Shown here one piece after another: positions 51,446 through 64,000 of a DNA stretch of 64,000 nucleotides. The stretch covers positions 107,632,001 to 107,696,000 of the forward strand of contig OX597819.1 of NCBI GenBank assembly GCA_951406725.2, in the 5' to 3' direction. The notes beneath the pieces are model-generated. The model worked only from the letters and a program-made list of their open reading frames with translations. It made no database searches and was not told where the DNA came from. Numbering within the stretch: the stretch's first letter is position 1; every line of letters starts with the position of its first letter. Made by a program: the position numbers and the translations under genes. The stretch comes from Octopus vulgaris. Lineage: Eukaryota.

Positions 51446-53155
51446 CTTTATTAATCCTAAAGTATGAAAGTTAAAGTCTAAGTTATGGGGTTTGAGCTCA
51501 GTACGTAAATGAACATAAGTAAATATGTAAATAAGTAAAGATATTTTGTCTGAGACTCTTCCGACTCTGTTGTATCAGTGAAATATAATTAAGGATAGTT
51601 CAGCTGGCCGATGATTGCCATAAGTGGAATAAGCTTTCAATCTTATCTGAATAATTTTGACAATGTTTAGAATATTTGAATCTTAAACAAATGCGTTATA
51701 TTAGTTTCTTTTCTTTTTACAAACTCCCATACTTCACTAGAATTTGTGACATTAGCAATCAAGTCTTCTGTAAAGAAATCACGAGCTAGTTGGTAATAGT
51801 AAAATACGTGGTTAAGGACATCTACCTACAAATAACAGGTACAGCCCACAATCTACCATCAACCCTCTTTCATTCAAATGGTTTGTGTCAATTTGAGGCT
51901 AAATTCCCAAAAGAATGAATCGGCTGTCTTAAACTATGTAAGGGTAACATTTCAAGTCTATCAACCGATACAATTTGTACGATTCGTCTGACGGCTTCCG
52001 CACAGTTTCCACCATACCAATTTTACATACGCCTTAGTTTCACATGTGAGTACATCAGCTTCTCCTATTCGTCATAGTCTGAGGAGAGGAATAAAAGCCA
52101 CTACCCTCAGATCGTAGAATTGGTCTGAATTCATGTAACTAATTAGATGTCACTAAAAGCATTTATTCGGTCTACTAGTCAATGGTAATTTGTTAAAGCT
52201 TCAAAACTGAACAAATGCCTTTTAGCAGATTTATTTTTCCAAAACCTCACACTTTAATCCAAGTTGAGACAGTATCTATATTGGCTCTTGTAAGGTATAT
52301 TGAAATAATATTGTTTTTAATTGTTTTCTGGACAACCTTTTGGTGTTTTATGTATTCCGTTAATCGAATTCTACTATATACCTATTGTAATTCTCCTTAT
52401 TACATGCAAAAATATTTATCTTGGTGAAATAACAATTCATCCCAAAGAAATTTGATGTGAACTAGATGGAACACCTTTGATCACAGGTCTATTTAATCAG
52501 TGCTGGCCTAAGGCTCAACAAGAACAGCGACAGCAACAACGGCACGATAATATTCTTGAACTTGGTGTAATTACTGCTTTAAATAACTTAGCTGTTTCTG
52601 AAACTAGGTTTCCTGTGATAATCATTGATATTATTTCCACAACAAGAGACTGAAATTTAAATAAAGCAAACAAACTTTTTGGAATTCAAATTATTTTAAA
52701 TACAGCCTTTCAAAACTTATACATTCGATCATTTATTTAAGAGAAAACGTAATTGTATAGAATTAAAAGTTCTTATATTATATTCTTCTGTGATAGATTT
52801 GGCAATTCCCAAATACAAATTCATTTTTTTGATGATGTGTCGTCGTTTTTTCTAGATCCAGCCTGGAGTCTAGAAGAAACGAGTTCCAATCTACTAATGG
52901 TAATACAGCAATATTACTGGCCTTGCTAGAACAACGTATTCAAAAGTTCTAATAAGCTATATCGATTCCAGTACTTCATAATCTGCGTATACACGCACAC
53001 ACAAACACACACATGCACACACATACACACATAAATGCATACATACATACATACATACATACATACATACATACATACATACATACATACATACATACAT
53101 ACGTACATACGTACATACGTACATACATACATACATACATACATACATACATACA

Positions 53156-53188
<33 letters not shown>

Positions 53189-53234
53189 GAAGGGTATGCG
53201 TTTGCAATACAGGAACAGGAAGTATCAACCAAGT

Positions 53235-53940
53235 ACCTGATGCACAAAAGGAATAGAGTAAAATGTGAAAAGAGTAAAATGTGACAACCGATGCGGACTT
53301 TGTGGAGTTCGCACTGAAGATATCCCCTACATCATAAGCAGTTGTCCGAAAATGTCATCACAGTATTGTCTACCGATGAGACATAACATTGTAGATAGGA
53401 CACTCTATAATGAAATCCGTAGGAAGGATAATCCCGTGGACAAAGAAATGAAGACCCACAATATGATAGAAGCCATAGCCACTCAAAACGAAAAGGAATA
53501 CTGGTGGAATGTACCAATGAAGATCCTAATGAAATGTAAGCACAACAGACGTGATATAATGCTTTAGGATAGAGAAGAAAAACTGTGCACAATAGTGGAA
53601 AGTAGCTGCCCAGCGGATGTTAACATAAAGCTGAAGATCAGTGAAAAAGAGAACACCTATGCTGAACTTTTGACAAATCTGCAGTTACTCTATCCAGATT
53701 ATACCTGTAAGTATTGGAGCCCCAGGATATGTAACACACTGCCTAAGTGCTAATCTTGAGAAATTAGTCTTCTGAAAACCAGAAAGGAGAAAGCTAATTC
53801 GAAGACTACAGATCCAATCCATCACTGGAACTGTAAAAATCTGTAAAACTTTCCAGAAGTTTATCATTTAAATATATATGAGCATGTCTAGATATGTAAT
53901 TATATGCATGAGAAGACATACATAAAGCATGCAAATCTGC
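53235..53940 (+). pseudogene. RLE-type LINE 3' end (CCHC knuckle plus restriction-like endonuclease) between (TACA)n tracts
   Basis: CGLCGVRTEDIPYIISSCP..MRHN..HNRRDI..IVESSCP..KISEKENTY..IGAPG. Confidence 0.8.
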
Positions 53941-54310
53941 ACATACATACATACATACATACATACATACATACATACATACATACATACATACATACAT
54001 ACATACATACATACATACAAAAGCACCCTGTTGTTGATGTTGAATTTCCAATGAAAGAAACTTGGATCTAAGTTAGGAATCAGTTCTTTATTCATATAGA
54101 TTTGGTCGACCCGGGCTTTAGAAGACCGTTACCCAACGCGCCACGCAGTGAGTCTGAACCCAAAACCATATGTTTGAGAAGCAAGCTTCTTACGACACAG
54201 CTGGGACGAGATTCCATATAGGTGGTCCATTTCTAAGCGGGAAAAAACCGGCTTGTGCCATGATGGCTGGACATACTAAGAATGACTAAAGATGAAGTGA
54301 TGAGTTGATT

Positions 54311-54420
54311 GTATTGCAATCATGCAGATCCTGTTTCGTTCTCATTGCATGCCATCTAGTTATTGGACACAATTGGTGTTATGCAATGAGATCGAAACAG
54401 GATCCGTGTGATTATAATAC
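54311..54420. other. 110-nt hairpin
   Basis: 40-nt arms with a central GATCCTGTTTCGTTCTCATTGCAT / ATGCAATGAGATCGAAACAGGATC match. Confidence 0.8.
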
Positions 54421-55454
54421 GAACTTCTTTAGCACACGGTACTGGTTGAACAAACATATAACTGAAAATTACTTGGTCATATACTGGTAATTGTTGATTC
54501 ATAATATCGTAGCTTCATGTACGTTAGAAATTATTAATTTCAATGTTGTCTTTATCATTTGCTTATCAAAACTTGATTTAATAAAATGTTATGATATATA
54601 TTCAGAAGCAGAATTAACTTAAGGTATGAAAAGTATTATATATTCTCAAAATTATAAATCGAAGACTATCTTACAGGTTGAAATATACTGAATGCAACTA
54701 ACTATCTATATCTCATTATTGATTGTAAAGCATTCCATATGTATGAGGGGACACTTGAATCAAATTCTATTCAAAGGCACAAGATCCAAATGATGGCGCT
54801 AAAACGGGTAACTAATTAAGAGTACTACGTTCCTTTATATGTGTATGTAGTTTGTAAACAGAAAAATGGGTGAAAACACACAATAACATTTAAACAATTG
54901 CTGTAATCTTTTTAGGAAAATTAAAAGATGTAGTATTTCCTTTAGATATATTAGATCGTTTTTATCTTAACATCCAACAGTTTCGTGAAGTGTAATGCCA
55001 GAGCTTATCTCCTTTTCCCAGATGCACCATTTATGAAGTCGCATATAAAGACAACGTTATTCTCAGGCGAATATTAAAGACAATGCCCGTATATTTTCAC
55101 CAAAAGGAACTCCTCTTAATGTACACTGAACCCGGCTAAGTAAGGCTATTAAACCAATTCAGGTATTAGATTTATCATCCAAAATAACTACAGTTTCCAC
55201 GTTGTTTATTTACTCAATCATTCACGGAAACTTTGATTCAAACCAAGGTTATTATGAGAGATATTTGTCCGGAGGTGCGATTGAATCCGGAACCATACGA
55301 TTGCTATATGATCACTAATCATATGATTACTAAATGAACTTCTTAATACGCTATTCTTGCGTGTGTTTCATAGAGAAGGAAAAGGAAACTTCTGATATGA
55401 AAATGTATGAAATTCTTACTTCTATAGTTATTTTATGTTATAACATGTAATAAG

Positions 55455-55770
55455 ATATTGGTTTCGAATATTGGAAGCAATTTCGGGAAGAAGATAAGTC
55501 CATTACATCAATTTCCGATCTAGAGAGGATGAAAGTCAAAGTCGGCCTCGGCAGAATTTGAACTCGGAACGTAAAGAAAGATGAAATCCCGTTAAGCATT
55601 TTTCCCGGTGTGCTAATGATTCTATCAGCTCACCGCCTTACCATGAGATGAAATATTGATTTCAGATTTTGGTACAAGGCCAGCACATTCTAAGGAGGGA
55701 GTAAGTCGATTACAGCGACCCAAGTACACTACTGTTACATATTTCATCGACCCAGAAATAATGAAAGGAC
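55455..55770 (-). mobile_element. Two adjacent SINE B fragments
   Basis: GGATGAAAGTCAAAGTCGGCCTCGGCAGAATTTGAACTC..GCTCACCGCC. Confidence 0.75.
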
Positions 55771-56567
55771 TTGCAATGAGATAAAATATTAATCATTCAC
55801 ACACAGTAGAGTGTAATAAATATTCTTGTCGTGTGGACGCCCCCAGACGATGAAGTAGGCTAGCCCAATACGTAGATATAGAGGGAGAAGTCTAGACGTC
55901 AAGAGTTGGGCTGAGTAGAGGTCATCCGAACGTGCGACATAACAATTCTTAAAATCAACATTTACTCACTCGCGACCACTTCTAGGCTGTGTCACTAACT
56001 CAGTTTTTAACCAAATTAGATGATGTTTACATTTTTAGATTGGTTACATCCTAAGCTACAATTTCATTTGAGAAATTTGAAAATTGTTTCGGCAGAAAAA
56101 AGTTTCAGTAAAATATGTGAGCTCAAAAACGGGAGAGTAATGCCTGATATCGACCATAGAGTCCAAATATATATTTTTTTAATAAATCTATATTTTATTT
56201 TAGCTTATATGATAAATCTCGATGACAGGAATCTATCCATGCTAGTTATATGCAAAAATATTGAGTAGAAAAAAGTACTGAGTTAAAAACCAGTGAGAAA
56301 AAAGGAGATTAACGCCTGAAATCAACCCTGACCTCAAATATTATTCTTATTTCAAAAGAAAACCATATCTAAATGTAACTTTTCTGATATAACTCGGCTA
56401 CAGGAATCTCATGATTCTAATTATATAAAAAAAAAATTTGATGAAATGTTACTGGGGCCAAATGTGCCAAAAAAACAGTGGTAATGCCTAAAAGCAAATC
56501 CAAAACCTAAACATTTTATCGTTTGTGTAAAAATTTTGTTTTTGTTTACCTCATATGATATTAAGAC

Positions 56568-56636
<69 letters not shown>

Positions 56637-57796
56637 GCTTACCGAAACGTCACTGAAACAGTAAAATTACACACAATCACAAATGTTTTCAGAAGCATTT
56701 AACACCGCGAAATGTCTATTATCCAGGAATAAATGAATTAGGATGTAGAGATTTATTTAGAAGCGTAAACTGTGTGTTGTGAACAATGATTTTCAACATT
56801 TATATAACAATCACTGTGTTTTCTAAATCATAAATTGAATAAGATATCGGTATATGAAATATTGATGTAACTAACTAGCTTTAGGACCCAGATGCCATTG
56901 TTGTAACTGTGAAATAGGAAAAGTATAATGAGGAAATATTGAGTATGTGCGAGGAGCATGATGTTAAAGTGTTTTGGTGAGTGACTTTGTTATGTTTTGA
57001 ATTGTGTGCCTTTAGCTGCAATATTGTCCCAGGTGTCATAGAATAATTCCATTGTCGTTCTGGTTTGCGTTATACAGTCAGCAACTGCTCGGGGTTAAAA
57101 GTATTTTTTGTCCGTAAAAGCTTGTTTCTTTTTTCTTTTTTTATGTTCGTATGAATGGCAGCAGCAGTATTGTTCCAGCTTTTGGGGAAGCATGCCTTTG
57201 CTAGTCTCATTTGAGTGTTGTAAGATATTCGGCATCAATTTGGAGCTAAAAATATATTTTGTTGGCAAAAGCTAGTCTTTTGAATGGTCGTAAGTATAGC
57301 TTTATTATCGTCCCACATGTTGGAGTTATATATATCTCTGCTGGTTTCAAGTGAGTTTTAAAAGGGACTTGGCATCAGCATGAATCTAAAATACTTTCTC
57401 ACACTGGAAAGTAAATCTAGCCTTTGAATGAGAATATGAGTTCCATACCTGTAGTTGTAGCACCGTCTTTATGTCTGAGCACTATTCCATTGTAGATCTC
57501 TCCAAGGCTTTATGATGTAATGTTCCTTTATGAAAAATGGTTTTGTAACAGATTCTTTCAATTAACTGCATCAAAAAATGTTTTATTATTTTCCTTTTCT
57601 CCTTAAATGGACATTACTATGTTGTATAGTCTGTCAGGCTTGTTACGCTTGTATTTAGTAGCTTTGTTGCAATGTACAACTAATGTTAATTGTTTTGATA
57701 TGTATGTATGTTATAGCAGAGGTGTGTTTTTATATTTATCCCAGGACACTCTTTCCTGCACATTGCACTGTATATTGTCTTTTAGCAACATAGCAT

Positions 57797-58222
57797 AGAC
57801 GTTGGAGTAGCTGTGTGGTAAGTAGCTTGCTTACCAGCCACATGGTTCCGGGATCATTCCCACTGCGTGCACCTTGGGCAAGTGTCATTTACTATAGCCT
57901 CGGGCCGACCAATGCCTTGTGAGTGGATTTGATTGGCGGAAACTGAAAGAAGCCTGTCATATATATGTATATATGTGTATGTGTGTCTGTGTGTGTGTAT
58001 GTTTGTGTTTCTGTGTTTGTCCCCCCCCCCCAACATCGCTTGACAACTGATGCCGGTGTGTTTACGTCCCCGTAACTTAGCGGTTAGGCAAAAGAGACCG
58101 ATAGAATAAGTACTAGGCTTACAAAGAATAAGTCCTGGGGTCGAATTGCTCGACTAAAGGCGGTGCTCCAGCATGGCCACAGTCAAATGACTGAAACAAG
58201 TAAAAGAGTAAAAGAGTAAAAG
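57797..58222 (+). mobile_element. SINE family A
   Basis: High similarity to 29550-30000. Confidence 0.9.
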
Positions 58223-60499
58223 AACAACATATCACAATGCAACATGGTACAGTGATGATATTTTTGAGCAGCTGCTGATTACATGTGTTAAGTCCAACAC
58301 GGATGAATGGTATAATCAACATTTGGATTTGTTCGTAAGATATTTCCTTGGTTTGCGAAAGTATAGTTTCAGATACTTAAATTCAACCAAATTTTTCTCT
58401 TCCTGACCTCATACACACACACATACCGTATGTATGTATGTATGTATGTATGTATGTATGTATGTATGTATGTATGTATGTATGTATGTATGTGTGTATG
58501 TGTGTATGTATGTACATATGTATGTATATATGTAAGGTTAGGAAGAGAAAAATTTGGTTGAACTTAAATGAAAATGTGGAAAAACCAATGGAAAGAACAG
58601 CGAGTGAAATTATATTAAAAATAGAACTTATTAGTCGAGAATGTTGGATGTTTTAAAATAAAAGAACTGATATTGTGTGGAAAGAAGTTAGAAATTGATG
58701 AAACTAAGAGTATCATTCTAGCTAGCTGTAGAATTATAACACAAGCTAATTATAATTTAAACTATAAGGTGGGCTTGGAACTAACACTCTTGAATCTGAA
58801 AATAAATCAAAATACCTGTTATTGCAAGAATGAGATTCAGGTATTTATAAGCATACATAGATTACACAAATAAATTTTTAATGCAAACGTGAATAACTAA
58901 CACTCTTGAAAACAAATAAATTGAATATTTTCCGAAAAAGAATTAGCTACTCAAAAAAAATTACACACTGCACACGTAAATAAATTTTTGAAATGATATA
59001 ATGTAAGAGTTGCAAATATATTCCCTTTACCTTTATTTATTTCTATTTATATATTTCATTTTAGATATATTTTATTGTTATACAATCAATTAAGTCTAAG
59101 AACTTATTGCATAAATATTATGAAATACATTTGAATCAAAATTGTTAGTTTAGGCTGTCTTTAATTTTAATTTTACGCTAATTAGCGCTTCCCAGAAAAT
59201 AAACGAGTGCCTGTTGAATTCAGACTTTAAACTCCGTAAATTTTGCTGCATTTATTTATTCTCTTATTTAAAATGATGTGTGTGTGTGTGTGAGAGAGAG
59301 AGTATGTTTGTGTATGTGGCGGTTAAGAAATTCACCTCACAATCATTGGTTTTATGGGTTCGATCCCTGGAAAAGATATCTTGGTCAAAAATCTTTTCCA
59401 ATTTCCAAGTTTTCATATGCTTATTTATATAGCAAATTATTTTAGCTTACTAAATATATTGTGACATATTTTAACTTCTAATGACAATTCTAGTGCAGTT
59501 TCTCCAAGAGAAAATCCTCTCTTACCGCAAAAGTATAAATACACAATTATGTATTGCACCCCAAGATACATTTCTACTCGTTATAACGTCTTTAGTGGTG
59601 TTACCAAAGTGTTGTACCCTGAGCTGGCAGAAAGTCGTAGCTTTATAATGAATCGGTCAATACTAGTGGCTGATCTGCGCTTGTAGACCGCTCTATCTTC
59701 ACAAATGCATAAACAGTAGCTCGAAACAGTGATGGAAAACAAACAAACTTCAGGTTAGTTACTTGGAAATGAATGCGTGGCGTTCAATTTCCAAGTAAGT
59801 TTTATCTTAATAATATTGATGCGACACTTCCTATCTCTTTCTGTGTTTTTCCCTCCCCTCTTTCATTTCATTTCTCTTCCTTTCTCTATTATCTTTATCC
59901 CCTCTTCTCTTCCTTTTCTCTTTCATCCTTTCTTTTCCCCTCCTCTTCGCCGTTCTCTGTCTGTCCTTCTCTCTCTCCCTCACATTTCTACCTTTGCTCT
60001 CTCATTGCTCGCACATGACCGTCGGCCATCTTTCTTTTACTAACTTCAATTTCCATCTTTCTCTCTGCTCAATCACGGGGATTTGACGCATTCTTGTCTG
60101 TCTCCAGTCAGAGCTTGTTTCTCCGCGTTCACCAACTCAACTCGTCTAGGCTTAGCAGCCCTTCCTGTCTGTTTTCACTGTCTTGTTTTTGTTACCAAAT
60201 TTGACCCTCCGCAAAATCCCAAATTTTATTTAATTTGCTTTGCAGGAGCAGCTGTTATGCCGAAAACATATCTTGTTAAATGCTCGAAATACGAAGTAGA
60301 AAAACAGCCAACAACTGATGAAGTGTCGTTTTTCGTGTTGCTTTCTTGTTTTCCGTTTGTTTCTTTCGTTGTTCACAAAAAAATGTTCGTATTCCATGCT
60401 TTCGTATTTTGTATTTCATGTTGTTTCGTATTTTAATTTTGGTGTTTATGTTCCGTGGTGCCCTGCGCTCATATATGCATATATATATACAAATGTAGG

Positions 60500-61805
60500 T
60501 ATTTTTTCCCTAGTTTCAGCTCAGAGCTGCGGCCATGCTGATGCACCGCCGTTTTGTGCGACACTGTTATTACGACGAACCTCGTCTAATATGTAGCACT
60601 TGGTGAAGAATGGAGTTTGATACAGCTACTCTCATTTGCACCTCTTGCCGTGAGGTAGGTTCATCTGGGACTCTTGACAGGAAGATGTCCAGCTTTGATT
60701 TAAAAACCGCTACATCTACTTTGTGCAAGTTCCTCAGACTCTTTGGGGAAATATTAAAAAGCTGTGGGCCCTTGAAACCCAGGCTGTTGCAGAAGCTGGT
60801 CCTGAAGCGTGATGGCATTGCTGGGATCTTTGGCACTATGCAGTGTCGCCCCGTTCTAGCATTGGTGTCGCTTACAATGCCAAAATTTGGCACAATTCCT
60901 TCCCGTCTTCTTCCCAGGGAGTAGAGTCTTAGCTGTTTCAACCTTTCCCAGTAGCTGAGCTGTTGCAAAGAGACGATCTTCTTTGTGAATCTTCTCTGGA
61001 TTGCTTCAAGGTCCGCTGTTAATTTTACACTGGTGGGTGACCATAGCTGTGAGCAGTAATCCAGGCGGCTGAGGACGAATGTCCGCCAGAGGACCATCAT
61101 GGTTTCTTTATCTCTGGTTCTGAATGTTCTTAGGATCCACCCAGCCAGTCGTCTGCACTTTGTCGCCATCCTGGTAATGTGCACTTGGAAAGAGGTATCA
61201 TCACTCATGTCGATACCCAGGTCCCTCACAGACTTAGGCTCTGGGATTGAAATTCCCTGTGGATCGGTGTATCCTGTAAGTTTAATATTCAGTTTTGGAT
61301 GCTGGTAGCGCAGGGCCTGGAATTTTTCAGCATTAAACTGCATATTATTATCCTCAACCCATCTGTAGATTGAGTCCAACTCCTGCTGCAGGTGTGCAAC
61401 ATCGCTGGGGTTCTGTATTTTCTGCGAGACTTTCGTATCGTCTGCATAACTTACCAGAGTGGCTATCCGGGCATTTGAGGACATATCTGAGAGGGCCACT
61501 ATAAAAAGCAGTGGTCCCAAGACAGTGCCCAGTGGAACACCGCTCACTATTTGTGTGTTCATAGAGGTGGCTCCATTAACCACAACTGTCTGACTCCTAT
61601 CTTTCAGGAAGTCATGCAACCACACTCCAAGTTTTCCAGCTATGCCGAGGTCACGTAGTTTGTGGCATATCATACCATGATCCACCTCGTCAAACCTTTT
61701 GCAAAATCAAGGTAGATTACGTCCACATTTGATTTGTTGAGTAACTGCCTCAACACCCAGTCATAATGCTGTAAGAGCTACTTTTGGAATGTTGGTTGAG
61801 ACGAT
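60500..61805 (-). mobile_element. 5'-truncated CR1/L2-group LINE (RT ORF 60570-61685 plus short 3' UTR)
   Basis: VIYLDFAK/VDH, SGVPLGTVLGPLLF, YADDTK, RDLGI, RLDYCSQLWSP. Confidence 0.9.
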
Positions 61806-61927
61806 TTGCAACCTTGTATGTATGCATGTATGTGGGTATATATATATATATATATATATATTTACACGGCGGTGCATCAGCATGGGCGCAGATCTGAGCT
61901 GAAACTACAGGAGAAAAATATATATGC

Positions 61928-61980
<53 letters not shown>

Positions 61981-62091
61981 TGTGCGTGTGCATATATACA
62001 TGTATGTATGTATATTCGACTTCACAAATATATATATATGTGTGTATATCTATCTATCTATCTATATATATATATATATATATATTTGTGA

Positions 62092-62240
62092 AGGCGCATG
62101 GCTTAGTGGTTAAGGTGTTACACTCAGTATTGCGAGATCGTGGTTTCGATTCCCAGACCGGGCATTGTGTTGTGTTCTTGAGCAAAGCACTTCATCTCAC
62201 GTTGTTCTGACATGTGGCACATGGTGCTCCTGTAGGGTAA
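62092..62240 (+). mobile_element. SINE, C-related head
   Basis: AGGCGCATGGCTTAGTGGTTAAG..GGTTTCGATTCCCAGACCGGGC. Confidence 0.7.
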
Positions 62241-62345
62241 TGTCGATTTGATGGAGGGAACACAAAAATTTAATCCCTAATCCCTATAATCATATCATCA
62301 GAGTGATCTAACGACGAGTGAGTCCATGATATATATATACATATC

Positions 62346-62751
62346 TCTTTTGTTTTACTTGTTTCAGTCATTTGACTGCGGCCATGCTGGTGGCACCGCC
62401 TTTAGTCGAGCAAATCGACCCCGGGACTTATTCTTTGTAAGCCCAGTACTTATTATATCGGTCTCTTTTTGCCGAACCGCTAAGTGACGGGGACGTAAAC
62501 ACACCAGCATCGGTTGTCAAGCAATGCTAGGGAGACAAACACAAACACACAAACACATACACACACATACATATATATACATATATATGACTGGCTTCTT
62601 TCAGTTTCCGTCTACCAAATCCACTCACAAGGCATTGGTCAGCCCGGGGCTATAGCAGAAGACACTCGCCCAAGATGCCACGCAGTGGGACTGAACCCGG
62701 AACCATGTGGTTGGTTAGCAAGCTACTTACCACACAGCCACTCCTGCGCCT
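62346..62751 (-). mobile_element. SINE family A, full length
   Basis: Reverse complement of 29550-30000. Confidence 0.9.
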
Positions 62752-62887
62752 ATATATATATATATATAAGATAAAACTTACTTGGAAATGGATGAGTAGT
62801 GTTCAATCATATAATAATATAAATAATATATAAATATATGCATACATACACATATATATGTACATACCTACATATGCATAGATATAC

Positions 62888-62949
<62 letters not shown>

Positions 62950-63379
62950 CAACTTTACCTTTTTCTAACTATTTCCATGAATATAATTTCATGCTGAATA
63001 TTATTTCTAGTGTATGTTATTTTTTTAATTTGATTTTAATAACAGCCCACCAATTAAACTATTAAATTTCGCCAACATAGAGAAATTAATAAATATGCAT
63101 TTGTCAAATTCAATATCCTGAAATTATCCTCAATTAGTCATTTAATTTCCAGAATTGAAGGAGCATCATGTTATAATTTAATTATCTCAAATATACACGT
63201 GAAGTTCAAAATGTTGCTATATTTGCAATACTGAGAAAAGCAAAACACATTTCTATTTAATCATTTGGTACCAATTTACTTTCAACCTTGTTCAAATTAA
63301 TTTTAAGAGACTTTTTGTAATAAAATATCAACCTTAAATATATTTAGATTTTTATTATTACGTCAAATTCAAAGTCGCT

Positions 63380-64000
63380 GAACGGGCATAATCGTTAGCT
63401 CGCTGGACAAGTTACTTTCGGCATTTCTTTCGGCTTTACATTCTGAGTTCAAATTCTGCAGAAATCGACTTTCCCTTTCATCCTTTTGGGGTCGATAAAC
63501 TAAGTAACAGTTGAGCACTGAGGATGACATAATCAACAAACCCACCCCGCCCGAATTTGATGCTTTGGGTCTGTAGTAGAAAGAATTATTGTTACAGATT
63601 CAAAGGCACTAAGCTGGTAGAATCGTTAGGGCGAAATGCTTAGCGGTGTTTCGTCTGCCGCAATGTTCTGAGTTCGAATTCCGCCGAGTTCGACTTTGCC
63701 TGTCATCCTTTCGGAGTCGATAAATTAAGTACCAGTTACGCACTGGGGTCGATGTAATCGACTTAATTCTTTTGTCTGTCCTTGTTTGTCCGCTCTGTGT
63801 TTAGCCCCTTGTGGGTAATAAAGAAATAGGTATTTCGTCTGTTTTAAAGGCGGCGAGCTGGCAGAAACGTCAGCACGCAGGGCGAAATGCTAAGCGGTAT
63901 TTCGTCTGCCGCTACGTTCTGAGTTCAAATTCCGCCGAGGTCGGCTTTGCCTTTCATCCTTTCAGTGTCGATAAATTAAGTACCAGTTACGCACTGGGGT
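63380..64000 (+). mobile_element. Three head-to-tail SINE B copies (last one cut by the window edge)
   Basis: GAGTTC(A/G)AATTC..GACTTT..CATCCTTT..GTCGATAAA repeated at about 63445, 63670 and 63921. Confidence 0.85.

Noticed and set aside
52843-52882. 40-nt imperfect hairpin
   Set aside because: Short, single and compatible with chance or a MITE remnant
55827-55939. TG..CA bounded 113-bp segment like a tiny solo LTR
   Set aside because: No TSD, imperfect termini, single copy here
56634-56665. GG-CTTA-CC-GAAAC-GTC right after (GT)n
   Set aside because: Only a possible 3' half; too short to support
56900-57795. Possible decayed retroelement coding sequence on the minus strand
   Set aside because: No diagnostic motif could be read in any frame
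60236-60305. GAGCA..TGCTC-GAAAT..GTA in a pyrimidine-rich segment ending at TA
   Set aside because: pLTR-like context but no recognisable CUGANGA before the stem

Overview
AT-rich, microsatellite-dense eukaryotic DNA, intergenic or intronic. The SINE families and overall composition suggest a cephalopod, probably Octopus (inference). No intact host gene can be supported; most ORFs in the supplied track are microsatellite translations. The window is a patchwork of decayed mobile DNA: three tRNA-derived SINE families, LINE fragments (L1/Tx1-like endonuclease, R4/Dong-like RT and restriction-like endonuclease ends, RTE-like RT, CR1/L2-like RT), two Penelope-like (PLE) ORF remnants, a deleted mariner, a HINE/DINE-like element and a small THAP-domain ORF. 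The main hidden signal is about two dozen hammerhead-ribozyme (HHR) motifs (intact, degenerate or half copies), which I group by eye into about 12 sequence families. They are type I (stem I - CUGANGA - stem II - GAAAC - tiny, often palindromic stem III - GUH - stem I). They lie in short non-coding elements that usually abut (TA)n tracts and are often tandem and/or folded back as inverted repeats; two lie just downstream of Penelope GIY-YIG remnants. This points to a diverse PLE pLTR/retrozyme-like system of self-cleaving RNAs. All motifs were read by eye; no folding, alignment or database search was run.
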